A DNA stretch of 64,000 nucleotides from Squalus acanthias (Eukaryota). Shown piece after piece: positions 11,070 to 24,520 of this stretch (position 1 is its first letter; every line of letters starts with the position of its first letter). Where the stretch lies: contig JASTWF010000080.1 of the NCBI GenBank assembly GCA_030390025.1, positions 310,001-374,000 of the forward strand, given 5' to 3'. A model generated the notes under the pieces. That model saw nothing but the letters and a program-made list of their open reading frames with translations, was not told the DNA's origin and made no database searches. Position numbers and translations under genes: made by a program.

Positions 11070-12240
11070 CTCTCCACACATACAGCAGTCAGTTTTAGTC
11101 CTGGCCCCTCTCTCTGTCTCACTCTACAGATACAGCACTGTCAGTTTGAGGCCTGTTCTCTCTCTACAGTTACATCAATGTCAGTTTTATGCCTGGTCTC
11201 TCTCTCTCTCTCTCTACAGATACAGTACTGTCAGCTTTAGTTCTGGTTTCTCTCTCTCTCTCTCTAGATACAGGACTGTCAGTTTGAGGCCTGGTCTCTC
11301 TCTACAGTTACATCAATGTAACACCCCACCGACCCTGTCCAGTCACCAACACACCCCACCAACCCTGTCCGGTCACCGACACACCCCGTGACCCTGTCCT
11401 TTCTCCGACACACCCCGTGACCCTGTCCCGTCACCAACACACCCCACTGACCCTGTCCAGTCACCGACACTCCACGCCGACCCTGTCCAGTCACCGACAC
11501 TCCACGCCGACCCTGTCCAGTCACCGACACTCCACGCCGACCCTGTCCAGTCACCGACACTCCACGCCGACCCTGTCCAGTCACCGACACTCCACGCCGA
11601 CCCTGTCCAGTCACCGACACTCCACGCCGACCCTGTCCAGTCACCGACACTCCACGCCGACCCTGTCCAGTCACCGACACTCCACGCCGACCCTGTCCAG
11701 TCACCGACACACCCCACGATCTTGTTCTGTCACCGACACACCTCTGCTCTCTGTTTTCTGTCCCTTAACCAATCCTTGATCCATGCTACTTTCTTCTGTA
11801 AAAGAATCATCGAGATGAGCAGCCGTGCCTCGACTCAGACTAACCTGCAGCTCGAGCTCCAGCTGGCGTTCTATTTCTGTCTGGTCCAGCGGGCTGGATA
11901 GAATGAGCTGGCGGGCCGGGTACAGCCCGTGGCCGTATTTTCCCACCACTGGACTAGAAGCTCCCCCGCTCTTTACTGAGGAACCTCCCAGAAACGGCAG
12001 GGAGCTGACTTCACTGGGTCTGCGCCAGAGTTACGCCGGGAGACTGGCGGTGCCCCGCGGAATTCACACAACACTTTTCACCCAATTGCAACAATAAACA
12101 ACAATAGCATTTTATAACTCACTGCAATGAGATCAAGCCCAGGGCTCATTCTGAAAGTGTCGATAAAATTCCATCACTGACAATGTGAGACTAAAAACTC
12201 GCTGCAGGTTTAAAAAACATTCTAAATAAAGAATCTTCCA
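11070..12240. repeat. Second, internally deleted copy of the 8020-10501 segment
   Basis: Same order of minisatellites. 11741-11790 matches 9541-9590 and 11791-12240 matches 10051-10501; 9591-10050 is absent. Contains a perfect 30-bp array at 11451-11710. Confidence 0.9.
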
Positions 12241-12702
12241 GCGAACTCGTACCATGTTTGATAATTGGTCCCCTTATCTCCTGGGAGGACAGGCCGTGCT
12301 TGGACAGTGACTCCACTAAGGCGCTGTGAATACATATCCCGAAGTTTAATTAGTGAAGAGATGCCTTGCAGCCTGCAAAAGTGCCTGTTCCTTGCATTTT
12401 ACGATCCCCTTATCACTTTTACTGGTCTCTGATGTTCGATATTCGACCTCGCTTACATCCCTGCTATCTGTTCCCAGCTGCATGTTGTCAGTCTCCGTTT
12501 TAATTAAGCCCCATCTTTGAATCTACAGCTATTCCTTACAGGTGCCTTTTTTATGAGAGGGTTAAGCATAGTCAAGTATCCCAGAATTCTTTGTGAACAA
12601 GCTGAACCTTTCAGTGAGCTATTTCTTACAGTTACCTTCTTTGGGAGGGTTAAACCTAGCCAAGTATCCCAGAATTCTTTGGGAACTAGCTGGATCCTTC
12701 AG

Positions 12703-15700
12703 TGGCGAGGGACTGGAGGGGGGACTGGAGGGCGAGGGACTGGAGGGGGGACTGGAGGGCGAGGGACTGGAGGGGGGACTGGAGGGCGAGGGACTGGAGG
12801 GGGGACTGGAGGGCGAGGGACTGGAGGGCGAGGAACTGGAGGGCGAGGGACTGGAGGGGGGACTGGAGGGCGAGGGACTGGAGGGGGGACTGGAGGGCGA
12901 GGGACTGGAGGGGGGACTGGAGGGCGAGGGACTGGAGGGGGGACTGGAGGGCGAGGGACTGGAGGGCGAGGAACTGGAGGGCGAGGGACTGGAGGGGGGA
13001 CTGGAGGGCGAGGGACTGGAGGGGGGACTGGAGGGCGAGGGACTGGAGGGGGGACTGGAGGGCGAGGGACTGGAGGGCGAGGAACTGGAGGGTGAGGGGC
13101 TGGTGGGTGAGAAACTGGAGGGGGAGAGACTGGAGGGCGAGGGACTGGAGGGCGAGGGACTGGAAGGCGAGGGACTGGAGGGCGAGGGACTGGAGGGCGA
13201 GGGACTGGAGGGCGAGGGACTGGAGGACGAGGGACTGGAGGGCGAGGGACTGGAGGGGGAGGGGCTGGAGGGCGAGGGACTGGAGGGGGAGGGACTGGAG
13301 GGCAAGAGACTGGAGGGGGAGGGACTGGAGGGTGATGGACTGGAAGGCGAGAGACTGGAGGGCGAGGGACTGGAGGGCGAGAGACTGGAGGGCGAGGGAC
13401 TGGAAGGCGAGGGACTGGAAGGCGAGGGACTGGAAGGCGAGAGACTGGAGGGCGAGGGACTGGAGGGCGAGGGACAGGAGGGCGAGGGACTGGAGGGCGA
13501 GGGACTGGAGGGGGAGGGACTGGAGAGGGAGGGCCTGGAGGTGGAGGGACTGGAGGGGGAGGGACTGGAGGGCGATGGACTGGAAGGCGAGAGACTGGAG
13601 GGTGAGGGACTGGAGGGCGAGAGACTGCAGGGCGAGGGTCTGGAAGGCGAGGGACTGGAAGGCGAGGGACTGGAGGGCGAGGGACTGGAGGGCGAGGGAC
13701 TGGAGGGCGAGGGACTGGAGGACGAGGGACTGGATGGGGAGGGACTGGAGGGCGAGGGACTGGAAGGCGAGGGACTGGAGGGGGAGGGACTGGAGGGGGA
13801 GGGACTGGTGGGTGAGGGACTGGAGGGCGAGAGACTGGAAGGCGAGGGACTGGAAGGCGAGAGACTGGAGTGGGAGGGACTGGAGGGCGAGGGACTGGAA
13901 GGCGAGAGACTGGAGGGGGAGGGACTGGAGGGCGAGGGACTGGAAGGCGAGGGACTGGAAGGCGATGGACTGGAGGGGGAGGGACGGGAGGGACTGGAGG
14001 GCGATGGACTGGAGAGCAAGGGACTGGAGGGCGAGGGACTGGAGGGCGAGGGACTGGAAGGCGAGGACTGGAGGGCGAGGGACTGGAGGGCGAGGGACTG
14101 GAAGGTGAGGGACTGGAGAAGGAGGGACTGGAGGACGAGGGACTGGAGGGCGAAGGGACTGGAGGGCGAGGGACTGGAGGACTTGAGACTGGAGGGTGAG
14201 GGATTGGAGGGCGAGGGACTGGAGGGGGAGGGACTGGAGGGCGAGGGACTGGAGGGCGAGTGGCTGGAGGGGAAGGGTCTGGAGGCGAGGGACTGGAGGG
14301 CGAGGGTCTGCAGGGCGAGGGACTGGAGGGGGAGGGTTTGGAGGGGGAGGGACTGGAAGGGTGAGGGACTGGAGGACGAGGGACTGGAGGAAGAGGGACT
14401 GGAGGGCGAGGGACTGGAGGGCGAGGGACTGGTGGGGCGATGGAGGTGGAGGGCGAGGGAGTGGAGAGCGAGGGCCTGGAGGGTGAGGACTGGAGGGCGA
14501 GGGACTGGAGGGCGAGGGACTGGTGGGGGAGGGGCAGGAAAGGCGAGGGGCTGGAGGCCTGGGACTGGAGGGCGAGGGACTGGAGGGGGAGGGACTGGAG
14601 GGGGAGGAGCTGGAGGGGGAGGGACTGGAGGGTGAGGGAGTGGAGGGCGAGGGAGTGGAGGGCGAGGGACTGGAGGGGGAGGGACTGGTGGGCGAGGGAC
14701 TGGAGAGCGAGGGACTGGAGGGCGAGGGACTGGAGGACGAGGGACTGGAGGGTGAGGGACTGGAGGGGGAGGGGCAGGAGGGCGAGGGGCTGGAAAGCGA
14801 GGGACTGGAGGGGGAGGGGCAGGAGGGCGAGGGACTGGTGGGCGAGGGACTGGAGGGCGAGGGACTGGAGGGGGAGGGACTGGAAGACGAGGGACTGGAG
14901 GGCGAGGGAGTGGAGGGCGAGGGGCTGGCAGGCGAGGGACTGGAGGATGAGGGACTGGAGGGTGAGGGAGTGGAGGGCGAGGGGCTGGAGGGCGAGGGAC
15001 TGGAGGGCGAGGGACTGGAGGGCGAGGGACTGGAGGACGAGGGACTGGAGGGCGAGGGACTGGAGGGCGAGGGGCTGGAGGACGAGGGACTGGAGGGCGA
15101 GGGACTGGAGGGGGAGGGACTGGAGGGGGAGGGACTGGAGGGCGAGGGAGTGGAGGGCGAGGGACTGGAGGGGGAGGGATTGGAGCGGGAGGGACTGGAG
15201 GGGGAGGGACTGGAGGACGAGGGACTGGAGGGCGAGGGACTGGAAGGCGAGGGACTGGAAGGCGAGGGACTGGAAGGCGATGGACTGGAGGGGGAGGGAC
15301 TGGAGGGCGATGGACTGGAGAGCGAGGGACTGGAGGGCGAGTGACTGGAGGGCGAGCGACTGGAAGGCGAGGGACTGGAGAGCGAGGGACTGGAGGGCGA
15401 GGGACTGGAAGGTGAGGGACTAGAGAAGGAGGGACTGGAGGACGAGGGACTGGAGGGCGAAGGACTGGAGGGCGAGGGACTGGAGGACTTGAGACTGGAG
15501 GGTGAGGGATTGAAGGGCAAGGGACTGGAGGGGGAGGGACTGGAGGGCGAGGGACTGGAGGCGAGGGACTGGAGGGCGAGGGACTGGAGGCAAGTGTCTG
15601 GCAGGGCGAGGGACTGGAGGGGGGAGGGATGGAGGGGAGGGACTGGAGGGCGAGGGACTGGAGGGCGATGGACTGGAGGGCGAGGGATTGGAGGGCGATG

Positions 15701-18700
15701 GACTGGAGGGCGAGGGACTGGAGGGGGAGGGAGTGGAGGCAAGGGCTGGAGGGCGAGGGAAGGAGGGCGAGGGACTGGAGGTGTGAGGGACTGGTGGGGG
15801 AGGGGCAGGAGGGCGAGGGACTGGAGAGCGAGGGGACTGGAGGGGGAGGGCCAGGAGGGGGGAGGACTGGAGGGGGAGGGACTGGAGGGTGAGGGTGGAG
15901 GGGCAGGGACTGGAGGGGGATGGACTGGAGGGGGAGGGACTGGAGGGCGAGAGACTGGAGGGCGAGGACTGGAGGGCGAGGGGACTGGAGGGGGAGGACT
16001 GGAGGGGGAGGGACTGGAGGGCGAGTGGCGGGAGGCAAGTGGCTGGAGGGCGAGGGACTGGAGGGCGAGAGCCTGGAGGGCGAGGGGCAGGAGGGGGAGG
16101 GACTGGAGGGCGAGAGACTGGAGGGCGAGAGACTGGAGGACGAGGGACTGGAGGGGGAGGGGCAGGAGGGCGAGGGACTGGAGGGCGAGGGATTGGAGGG
16201 CGAGGGGCTGGAGGGCGAGGGTCTGGAGGTCGAGCGACTGGAGGACGAGGGACTGGAGCGCGAGGGACTGGAGGGGGAGGGACTGGAGGGGGATGGGCAG
16301 GAGGGCGAGGGACTGGAGGGTGAGGGACTGGAGGGCGAGGGACTGGATGACGAGGGACTGGAGGGTGAGGGACTGGAGGGGGAGGGGCAGGAGGGCAAGG
16401 GGCTGGAGGGTGAGGGACTGGAGGGGGAGGGGCAGGAGGGTGAGGGACTGGAGGGCGAGGGACTGGAGGGCGAGGGACTGGAGGGGGAGGGACTGGAAGG
16501 TGAGGGACTGGAGGACGAGGGACTGGAGGGCGAGTGAGTGGAGGGCGAGGGGCTGGCGGGCGAGGGACTGGAGGACGAGGGACTGGAGGGTGAGCGAGTG
16601 GAGGGCGAGGGGCTGGAGGGCGAGGGACTGGAGGGCGAGGGACTGGAGGGCGAGGGACTGGAGGGCGAGTGGCTGGAGGGCGAGGGGCTGGAGGGCGAGG
16701 GACTGGAGGGCGAGGGGCTGGAGGACGAGGGACTGGAGGGCGAGGGACTGGAAGGGGAGGGATTGGAGCGGGAGGGACTGGAGGGGGAGGGACTGGAGGG
16801 CGAGGGAGTGGAGGGTGAGGGGATGGAGGGCGAGGGACTGGAGGGCGAGGTACTGGAGGGCGAGGGACTGGAGGACGAGGGACTGGAGGGGGAGGGACTG
16901 GAGGGCGAGGGACTAGAGGGCGAGGGACTGGAGGACGAGGGACTGGAGGGCGAGGGAGTGGAGGGCGAGGGAGTGGAGGGCGAGGGAGTCGAGGGCGAGG
17001 GACTGGAGGGCGAGGGATTGGAGGACGAGGGACTGGAGGGCGAGGGACTGGAGGGCGAGAGAATGGAGGGCGAGGGACTGGAAGGCGAGGCACTGGAAGG
17101 CGAGGGACTGGAGGGCGAGCGACTGGAGGGCGAGAGACTGGAGGACGAGGGACTGGAGGGGGAGGGACTGGAGGGGGAGGGTCTGGAGGGGGAGTGACTG
17201 GAGGTGGAGGGGCTCGAGGGTGAGGGACTGGAGGGTGAGGGAGTGGAGGGCGAGGGACTGGAGGGGGAGGGACTGGAGGGGGAGGGGCTGGAGGGCCAGG
17301 GACTGGAGGGCCAGGGACTGGAGGGTGAGGGTCTGGAGGGTGAGGGTCTGGAGGGCGAGGGACTGGAGGGCGAGGGACTGGAGGGGGAGGGGCTGGATGG
17401 AGAGGTGCTGGAGGGGGAGGGACTGGAGGACAAGGGACCGGAGGGGGAGGGACTGGAGGGAGAGGGACTGGAGGACGAGGGACTGGAGGGTGAGGGTCTG
17501 GAAGGCGAAGGACTGGAGGCTGAGGGACTGGAGGATGAGGGTCTGGAGGGTGAGGGACTGGAGGGCGAGGGACTGGAGGACGAGGGACTGGAGGGTGAGG
17601 GACTGGAGGGCGAGGGACTGGAGGGGGAGGGACTGGAGGGGGAGGGACTGGAGGGGGAGGGACTGGAGGGGGAGGGACTGGAGGGCGAGGGACTGGAAGG
17701 CGAGGGACTGGAGGACGAGGGACTGGAGGGCGAGGGGCTGGAGGACGATGGACTGGAAGGCGAAGGACTGGACGGGGAGGGGCTGGAGGGAGAGGGACTG
17801 GAGGGCCAGGGACTGGAGGGTGAGGGACAGGAGGGTGAGGGACTGGAGGGCGAGGGACTGGAGGGTGAGGGACTGGAGGACGAGGGAGTGGAGGGCGAGG
17901 GACTGGAGGGGGAGGGACTGGAGAGCAAGGGACTGGAGGGCGAGGGACTGGAGAGCGAGGGACTGGAGGGCGAAGGACTGGATGGCGAGGGACTGCAGGG
18001 CGAGGGACTGGAGGGCGAAGGACTGGAGGGGGAGGGACTGGAGGGCGAGGGACTGGAACGCGAGGGACTGGAGGACAAGGGACTGGAGGGTGAGGAATTG
18101 GAGGAAAAGGGACTGTAGGGTGAGGGAATGGAGGGTGAGGGACTGGAGGACAATGGACTGGAGGGTGAGGGAGCGGAGGGGGAGTGCAGGGTGAGGGACT
18201 GGAGGGGGAGGGGCTGGATGGAGAGGTGCTGGAGGGGGAGGGACTGGAGGACAAGGGACCGGAGGGGGAGGGACTGGAGGGAGAGGGACTGGAGGACGAG
18301 GGACTGGAGGGTGAGGGTCTGGAAGGCGAAGGACTGGAGGCTGAGGGACTGGAGGATGAGGGTCTGGAGGGTGAGGGACTGGAGGGCGAGGGACTGGAGG
18401 ACAAGGGACTTGAGGGTGAGGGACTGGAGGGCGAGGGACTGGAGGGGGAGGGACTGGAGGGGGAGGGACTGGAGGGGGAGGGACTGGAGGGGGAGGGACT
18501 GGAGGGCGAGGGACTGGAAGGCGAGGGACTGGAGGACGAGGGACTGGAGGGCGAGGGGCTGGAGGACGATGGACTGGAAGGCGAAGGACTGGACGGGGAG
18601 GGGCTGGAGGGAGAGGGACTGGAGGGCCAGGGACTGGAGGGTGAGGGACAGGAGGGTGAGGGACTGGAGGGCGAGGGACTGGAGGGCGAGGGACTGGAGG

Positions 18701-19472
18701 ACGAGGGAGTGGAGGGCGAGGGACTGGAGGGGGAGGGACTGGAGAGCAAGGGACTGGATGGCGAGGGACTGCAGGGCGAGGGACTGGAGGGCGAAGGACT
18801 GGAGGGGGAGGGACTGGAGGGCGAGGGACTGGAACGCGAGGGACTGGAGGACAAGGGACTGGAGGGTGAGGAATTGGAGGAAAAGGGACTGTAGGGTGAG
18901 GGAATGGAGGGTGCGGGACTGGAGGACAATGGACTGGAGGGTGAGGGAGCGGAGGGGGAGTGCAGGGTGAGGGACTGGAAGGGGAGGGACTGGAAGGGGA
19001 GGGACTGGAGGGCGAGGGACTCGAGGGCGAGGGACTGGAGGGCGAGGGACTGGAGGGTGAGGGACTGGAGGGCGAGGGACTGGCGGACGAGGGATTGGAG
19101 GGCGATGGATTGGAGTTTGAGGGACTGGAGTTTGAGGGACTGGAGTTTGAGGGACTGGAGGGCGAGGGACTGGAGGGCGAGGGATTGGAGGGCGAGGGAT
19201 TGGAGTTTGAGGGACTGGAGTTTGAGGGACTGGAGGGCGAGTGACTGGCGGGCGAGCGATTGGAGGGCGAGGGATTGGAGTTTGAGGGACTGGAGTTTGA
19301 GGGACTGGAGTTTGAGGGACTGGAGGGCGAGGGACTGGAGGGTGAGGGACTGGAGGGCGAGGGATTGGAGTTTGAGGGATTGGAGTTTGAGGGACGGAAG
19401 TTTGAGGGACGGGAGTTTGAGGGACGGGAGTTTGAGGGACTGGAGTTTGAGGGACTGGAGGGCGCGGGATTG
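12703..19472. repeat. 6.8-kb purine-rich 15-bp minisatellite (GGGACTGGAGGGCGA)n
   Basis: About 450 units. Produces the (GEGLE)n, (SSPSP)n and (RARDW)n ORFs. Confidence 0.98.
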
Positions 19473-19570
19473 GTGTGAGTAACGCAGAGTGTGATAAATG
19501 TCAGTTAGAATGGGGATAACCCATTATCAGAGTGTGAGCACACACCCAGTGTGAGGATCGGAGAGTGTGT

Positions 19571-20365
19571 ACTCACTCTGTCCCTCAGTTCTACATTCCT
19601 CTCTCTCACTCTCTCCTCTCAGTGCCCTGTGCTCCCATACTGGAGATTCCCCACACTCACTCTGTCCCTCAGTTCTACATTCCTCTCTCTCACTCTCTCC
19701 TCTCAGTGCCCTGTGCTCCCAGTACTGGAGATTCCCCGCACTCACTCTGTCCCTCAGTTCTACATTCCTCTCTCTCACTCTCTCCTCTCAGTGCCCTGTG
19801 CTCCCAGTACTGGAGATTCCTCACACTCACTCTGTCCCTCAGTTCTATATTCCTCTCTCTCACTCTCTCCTCTCAGTGCCCTGTGCTCCCAGTACTGGAG
19901 ATTCCCCACACTCACTCTGTCCCTCAGTTCTACATTCCTCTCTCTCACTCTCTCCTCTCAGTGCCCTGTGCTCCCAGTACTGGAGATTCCCCACACTCAC
20001 TCTGTCCCTCAGTTATACATTCCTCTCTCTCACTCTCTCCTCTCAGTGCCCTGTGCTCCCAGTACTGGAGATTCCCCACAATCACTCTGTCCCTCAGTTC
20101 TACATTCCTCTCTCTCACTCTCTCCTCTCAGTGCCCTGTGCTCCCAGTACTGGAGGTTCCCCACACTCACTCTGTCCCTCAGTTCTACATTCCTCTCTCT
20201 CACTCTCTCCTCTCAGTGCCCTGTGCTCCCAGTACTGGAGATTCCCCACACTCACTCTGTCCCTCAGTTCTACATTCCTCTCTCTCACTCTCTCCTCTCA
20301 GTGCCCTGTGCTCCCAGTACTGGAGATTCCCCACACTCACTCTGTCCCTCAGTTCTACATTCCCT
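19571..20365. repeat. 85-bp pyrimidine-rich minisatellite, about 9.4 copies
   Basis: Unit starts at 19571, 19655, 19740 ... 20335. Lies immediately inside the intron after the MHC TM exon. Confidence 0.95.
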
Positions 20366-20381
20366 TCTCTCTGATTCTTAC

Positions 20382-20495
20382 CTCTCCGTTGTTTTATCCA
20401 GATGAATATTCCGATTATCCCGATTATAACCAGTGCAGCGACTGTTCCAATTATAATTCCATGATGGGAGCGTGCACCACTGTTTTCCGGTATTT
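20382..20495 (-). CDS. MHC class I-like connecting peptide/transmembrane exon
   Basis: ttcag acceptor and GTAAG donor, 114 bp, phase 1-1. (E)IPENSGARSHHGIIIGTVAALVIIGIIGIFIWIKQRR: hydrophobic helix followed by basic anchor. Confidence 0.85.
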
Positions 20496-20829
20496 CTGAA
20501 ACACATTTGAATAATATCAGGATAGTTTCTCTGTTCCTGGATTCATTCCCAGTTCGGTGTCGACGGAGGGACAATTTTAACCTCACCCGCCCGTCGGGAA
20601 TCTGAGGGATCGGGTCCAACGCTGGTTTTACTCTCGCCTGATCTCACTCTCCATTGGAGTCAATAAAGAGTCTCATTGATGGTGGTGTTGGACCGGCGTT
20701 GCCCCGATCCCCGGGTTACCTGCCCGGCGAGCTCGGTTCAATTTACCCCCCATGTCTCTGTGTCCTGTCCTGGGTCCATCCCCAGGGTCACATTGTACGC
20801 CCCAGGAGTCAGCATCACTGATGGATTTC

Positions 20830-23095
20830 ACATCAAACTTCAAAGGGATGGGGAATAAATTGACTGCAGCAAACTGGGCTGAGCTGGTAATGAGTAAAGC
20901 TACAGATAAACAGTGGGGACGCTTCAAAAAAAGTACCGGGTACAATCCAACACCAGGACTTTCCCCGACAACGCAAAGACTCCACTTCTGTAGTTAGGCA
21001 ACCATGGTCGACAAATGAAAGAAGTGAGAGTATCCAGGTAAAGGGAAAGGCTGACACAGTGACCAGAGATTGAGATACAGAGCACTTAGACAAGTATCGG
21101 CTGAACAGAGAGTCAGCATGGATTTGTGATGGGTAGGTCCTGTCTGACTAATCTAATTGAATTTTAAATTTTATGAGGAGGTCACTAACATGGTGGATAA
21201 GGCAGTGTCGGTGGATGTTGTGTATATGGACTTCCAGAAGGCATTTGATATGGTTCCTCACAACAGATTATTAGCAGAAATAAAAGCTTACAGAATTGGA
21301 GCTGATCTTGTGACACGGGTTGAAAATTGGTTGGGAGGAAGGAGTCAGAGAATCGGGATAAAGGGAATGTGCTCCGATTGGCAGGATGTTCCGAGTGGTG
21401 TTCCCCAGGGATCTGTACTGAGGCCTCAGCTTTTCACCATATATATCAATGACTTGGATGAAGGAACAGGGAGTTGTATATCCAAGTTTGCAGATGGCAC
21501 TAAGTTAGGAGGCACAGTAAAGGGACATTGACAGATTAAATGACTCAACTGCATCTGCCACAGTTTTGCCCAAGTTGGGGAAGTGTGAGATCATCCACGC
21601 GAGATCTGAGAAAGACAGATTGGAATATTGTCTCAATGGTGACAGACCAGGAGCTGTAAAGGAGCAAAGAGATTTGGGTGTCCATGTCCACAAATCACTA
21701 AAAGCTCGTGCCAGGGTTAAATAAAGCAATCAAAAAGGCTAATGGAATGTTGGCCTTAATCTCAAGGGGGTGAGAATAGAAAGTGAGGAAATTATGCTTC
21801 AGGTGTACAGAGCTTTGGTCAGACTACATTACATTACATACGAGTACATAGGATATACGGCACAGAAACAGGCCATTCGGCCCAACCAGTCCATGCTGGT
21901 GTTTATGCTCCACTCGAGCCTCCTCCCATCTTTCCTCATCTAAATCTGTCAGCATAACCCTCTATTCCGTTCTCCTCATATGTTTGTCCAGCCTCCCCTT
22001 AAATGAATCTATACGATTCGCTTCAACCACAACCTGTGGTAGCGAGTTTCACATTCTCACCACTCTCTGGGTAAAGAAGTTTCTTCTGAATTCCCGATTG
22101 GATTTCTTGGTGACTATCTTATATTGATGGCCTCTATGCTCTTCCCCACAAGTGGAAACATTTTCTCTGTATCCACTCAATCAAATCCGGTCATAATTTT
22201 ATAGACTCTATTAGGTCACCCCTCAGCCTTCTTTTTTCAAGAGAAAAGAGACCCAGCCTATTCATCCTTTCCTGATATGTATACCCTCGCATTTCTGGTA
22301 TCATCCTTGTAAATCTTCTCTGCACCCTCTCCAGTGCCTCTATATCCTTTTTATAATATGGCGACCAGAACTGTACGCAGTACTCTAAGTGTGGTCTAAC
22401 CAAGGTCCGATGAAGGTTTAGCATAACTTCACTACTTTTCCATTCTATCCCTCTAGAAATAAACCCCAGTGCTTGATTTGCTTTTTTTATGGGCTTGCTA
22501 ACCTGTGGCGCAACTTTTAGTGATTTGTGTATTTTACGCCGAGATCCCTTTGTTCCTCTAACCCACCTCTGGCGTATTACATTCAGTTCTGGGCACCAAA
22601 CCTCACGTAAGATATATTGGCCTTGGAGTGGGTACAGAGCAGATTCACCAGAATGGTACCAGCTCAGAGGGTTAAATTTTGAGGACAAAGTTGGCTTGTA
22701 TTGCACTGAGTGTAGAAGGGTGAAGGGTGATCACATTGAGGTGTTTAAAATGATAAAGGGATTCGATAGGGTAGATACAGAGAAACTATTTTCACTGGCG
22801 GTGAATCCGGAACAAAAGAGCACAATTTTACAATTAGAGCCAGGACAGTTAGGAGTGAAATCAGAAAGCACTTCTTCACGCAAAGGGCAGTGGAAATCTG
22901 GAACTCTCTCCCCCAAAAGTCTGTGGGTTCAATTGAAATTTTTATGACTGAGATCGAGTGATTTTTGTTGGGTAAGGGTATCAAGGGATGTAGAGCAATG
23001 ACGGGTAAATGGAGTTGAGGTACTGATCAGTCATGATCTCATTGAATGGTGGAACAGACTCAAGGGTCTGAATGTCCTACTCCTGTTCCTATGAT
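20830..23095. mobile_element. Nested CR1 fragments (+ 20830-21825, - 21830-22550, + 22560-23095)
   Basis: DVVYMDFQKAFD, GVPQGSVL, SKFADG, LVRPHLEYCVQFWSP motifs. Confidence 0.85.
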
Positions 23096-23144
23096 CCATA
23101 CATGCTCACAGAGACACACGCACACATCCAGTGCAGTTCCTTAC

Positions 23145-23423
23145 CCCACCGATAGACCTTTGCCTCTGCCAGGCTGCTGTGTTCAATTTGACAGGAGTAT
23201 TGATCCTCATACCCAGCATTCACTTCAATCTCTTTCTTGATCTGATGGGTCCCATTGTGGTTCGGTCGAACCCCCGAGGAGTGGCTCTCAGACACTGGCT
23301 CTCCATTCCTTAGCCAGGTCACCTCGATGTCTACAGGGTAAAATCCAGTAACCAGGCAGGAGAGAGTGGGCGGTTTGTCCTGACTATTGGGGTCACTTCT
23401 GGAGATGAACACTTCGGGCTGAA
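23145..23423 (-). CDS. MHC class I alpha3 (C1-set Ig) exon
   Basis: 279 bp, phase 1-1, canonical splice sites. QPEVFISR...LSCLVTGFYPVDIEVTWLRNG...VRPNHNGTHQIK...YSCQIEHSSL...W, with no stops. Confidence 0.93.
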
Positions 23424-23511
23424 CTGAGAGGGGAAAGGGAGAAAACACAAACAGTAGACAGACACCGAATGGAATGGGAGAACGGTTTCATAGATCTGTG
23501 AAGTTAGATCA

Positions 23512-24520
23512 GAACATAAAAACATAGGAACGTAAGAAATAGGAGCAGGAGTAGGCCTGTCGGCTCTTTGAGCCTGCTCCGCCATTCAATAAGATCATGG
23601 CAGATCTTATACCTCAACTCCACTTTCCCGCATTATCCCCATTGCGCTTGGTTCCCTTAATATCCAAAAATCTATCGTTCTGTCTTAAATATACTCAATG
23701 ACTGAACATCCACAGCCCTCTGGGGTAGAGACTTCCAAAGATTCACCACCCTCTGAGTGAAGAAATTTCTCCTCATCTCGGTCCTAAATGACCGACCCCT
23801 TATTCTGAGACTGTGACCCCTAATTCTAAACTCCCCAGCCCAGGGAAAGATCCTCCCTGCATCTACCCTGTCAAGCCCCTTAAGAATTTTATATGCTTCA
23901 AGGAGATCACCTCTCATTCTTCCAAACTCTAGGGAATATAGGCCTAGTCCATATACAATGGGCTGAATGGCCTCCTTCTGTGCCGTAAATTTCTAATTTC
24001 TACTCTCTCTCTCCTCATAGGACAATCCTCCCATCCCAGGAATCAGTCTAGTGAACCTTCGTTGCACTCCCTCCAAGGCAAGTATATCCTTCCTTAGGTA
24101 AGAAAACCAAAACTGTACACAAGACTCCGGGTGTGGTCTCACCAGGGCTCTATATAATTGCAATAAGACATCTTTACTCTTATAACAAAACAGATTATCT
24201 GGTCATTATCACAATACTATCTAGAAATTCTCTTGTTAGCCATGGTTGGACCATTTTCCTGTGGGATTTTTATTCCTTAAGGGAATGTATCTTTGTAGTG
24301 AATTATGAGTTATTTCTTCAAAAGTTTTGCATTGCTTATCTAGCAACTATCTTTTAATCTAGTTTCCCAATCTACTTTAGCCAACGTGCCTCTCATATCT
24401 ACTATGTTTGCTTAGTACAGATTTAAGACCTTAGTTTCAGACTTAACTAAATCCTCTCATACTCAATTTAAAATTCTATCATATTATGGTCACTCTTCCC
24501 CAGAGGCTCCTTTACTGCAG
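23512..24520 (-). mobile_element. CR1 fragments
   Basis: MRGDLLEAYKILKGLDRVD...FFTQRVVNLW. Confidence 0.85.

Noticed and set aside
12517-19482. Very long ORFs (up to 1844 aa; extensin-, collagen- or acidic-repeat-like)
   Set aside because: They are translations of a stop-poor 15-bp minisatellite that is open in several frames on both strands, with frequent frame-breaking indels.
20925-20997. KKSTGYNPTPG, resembling a shark class I cytoplasmic tail
   Set aside because: It is on the wrong strand, in the wrong position, and continuous with a CR1 fragment.
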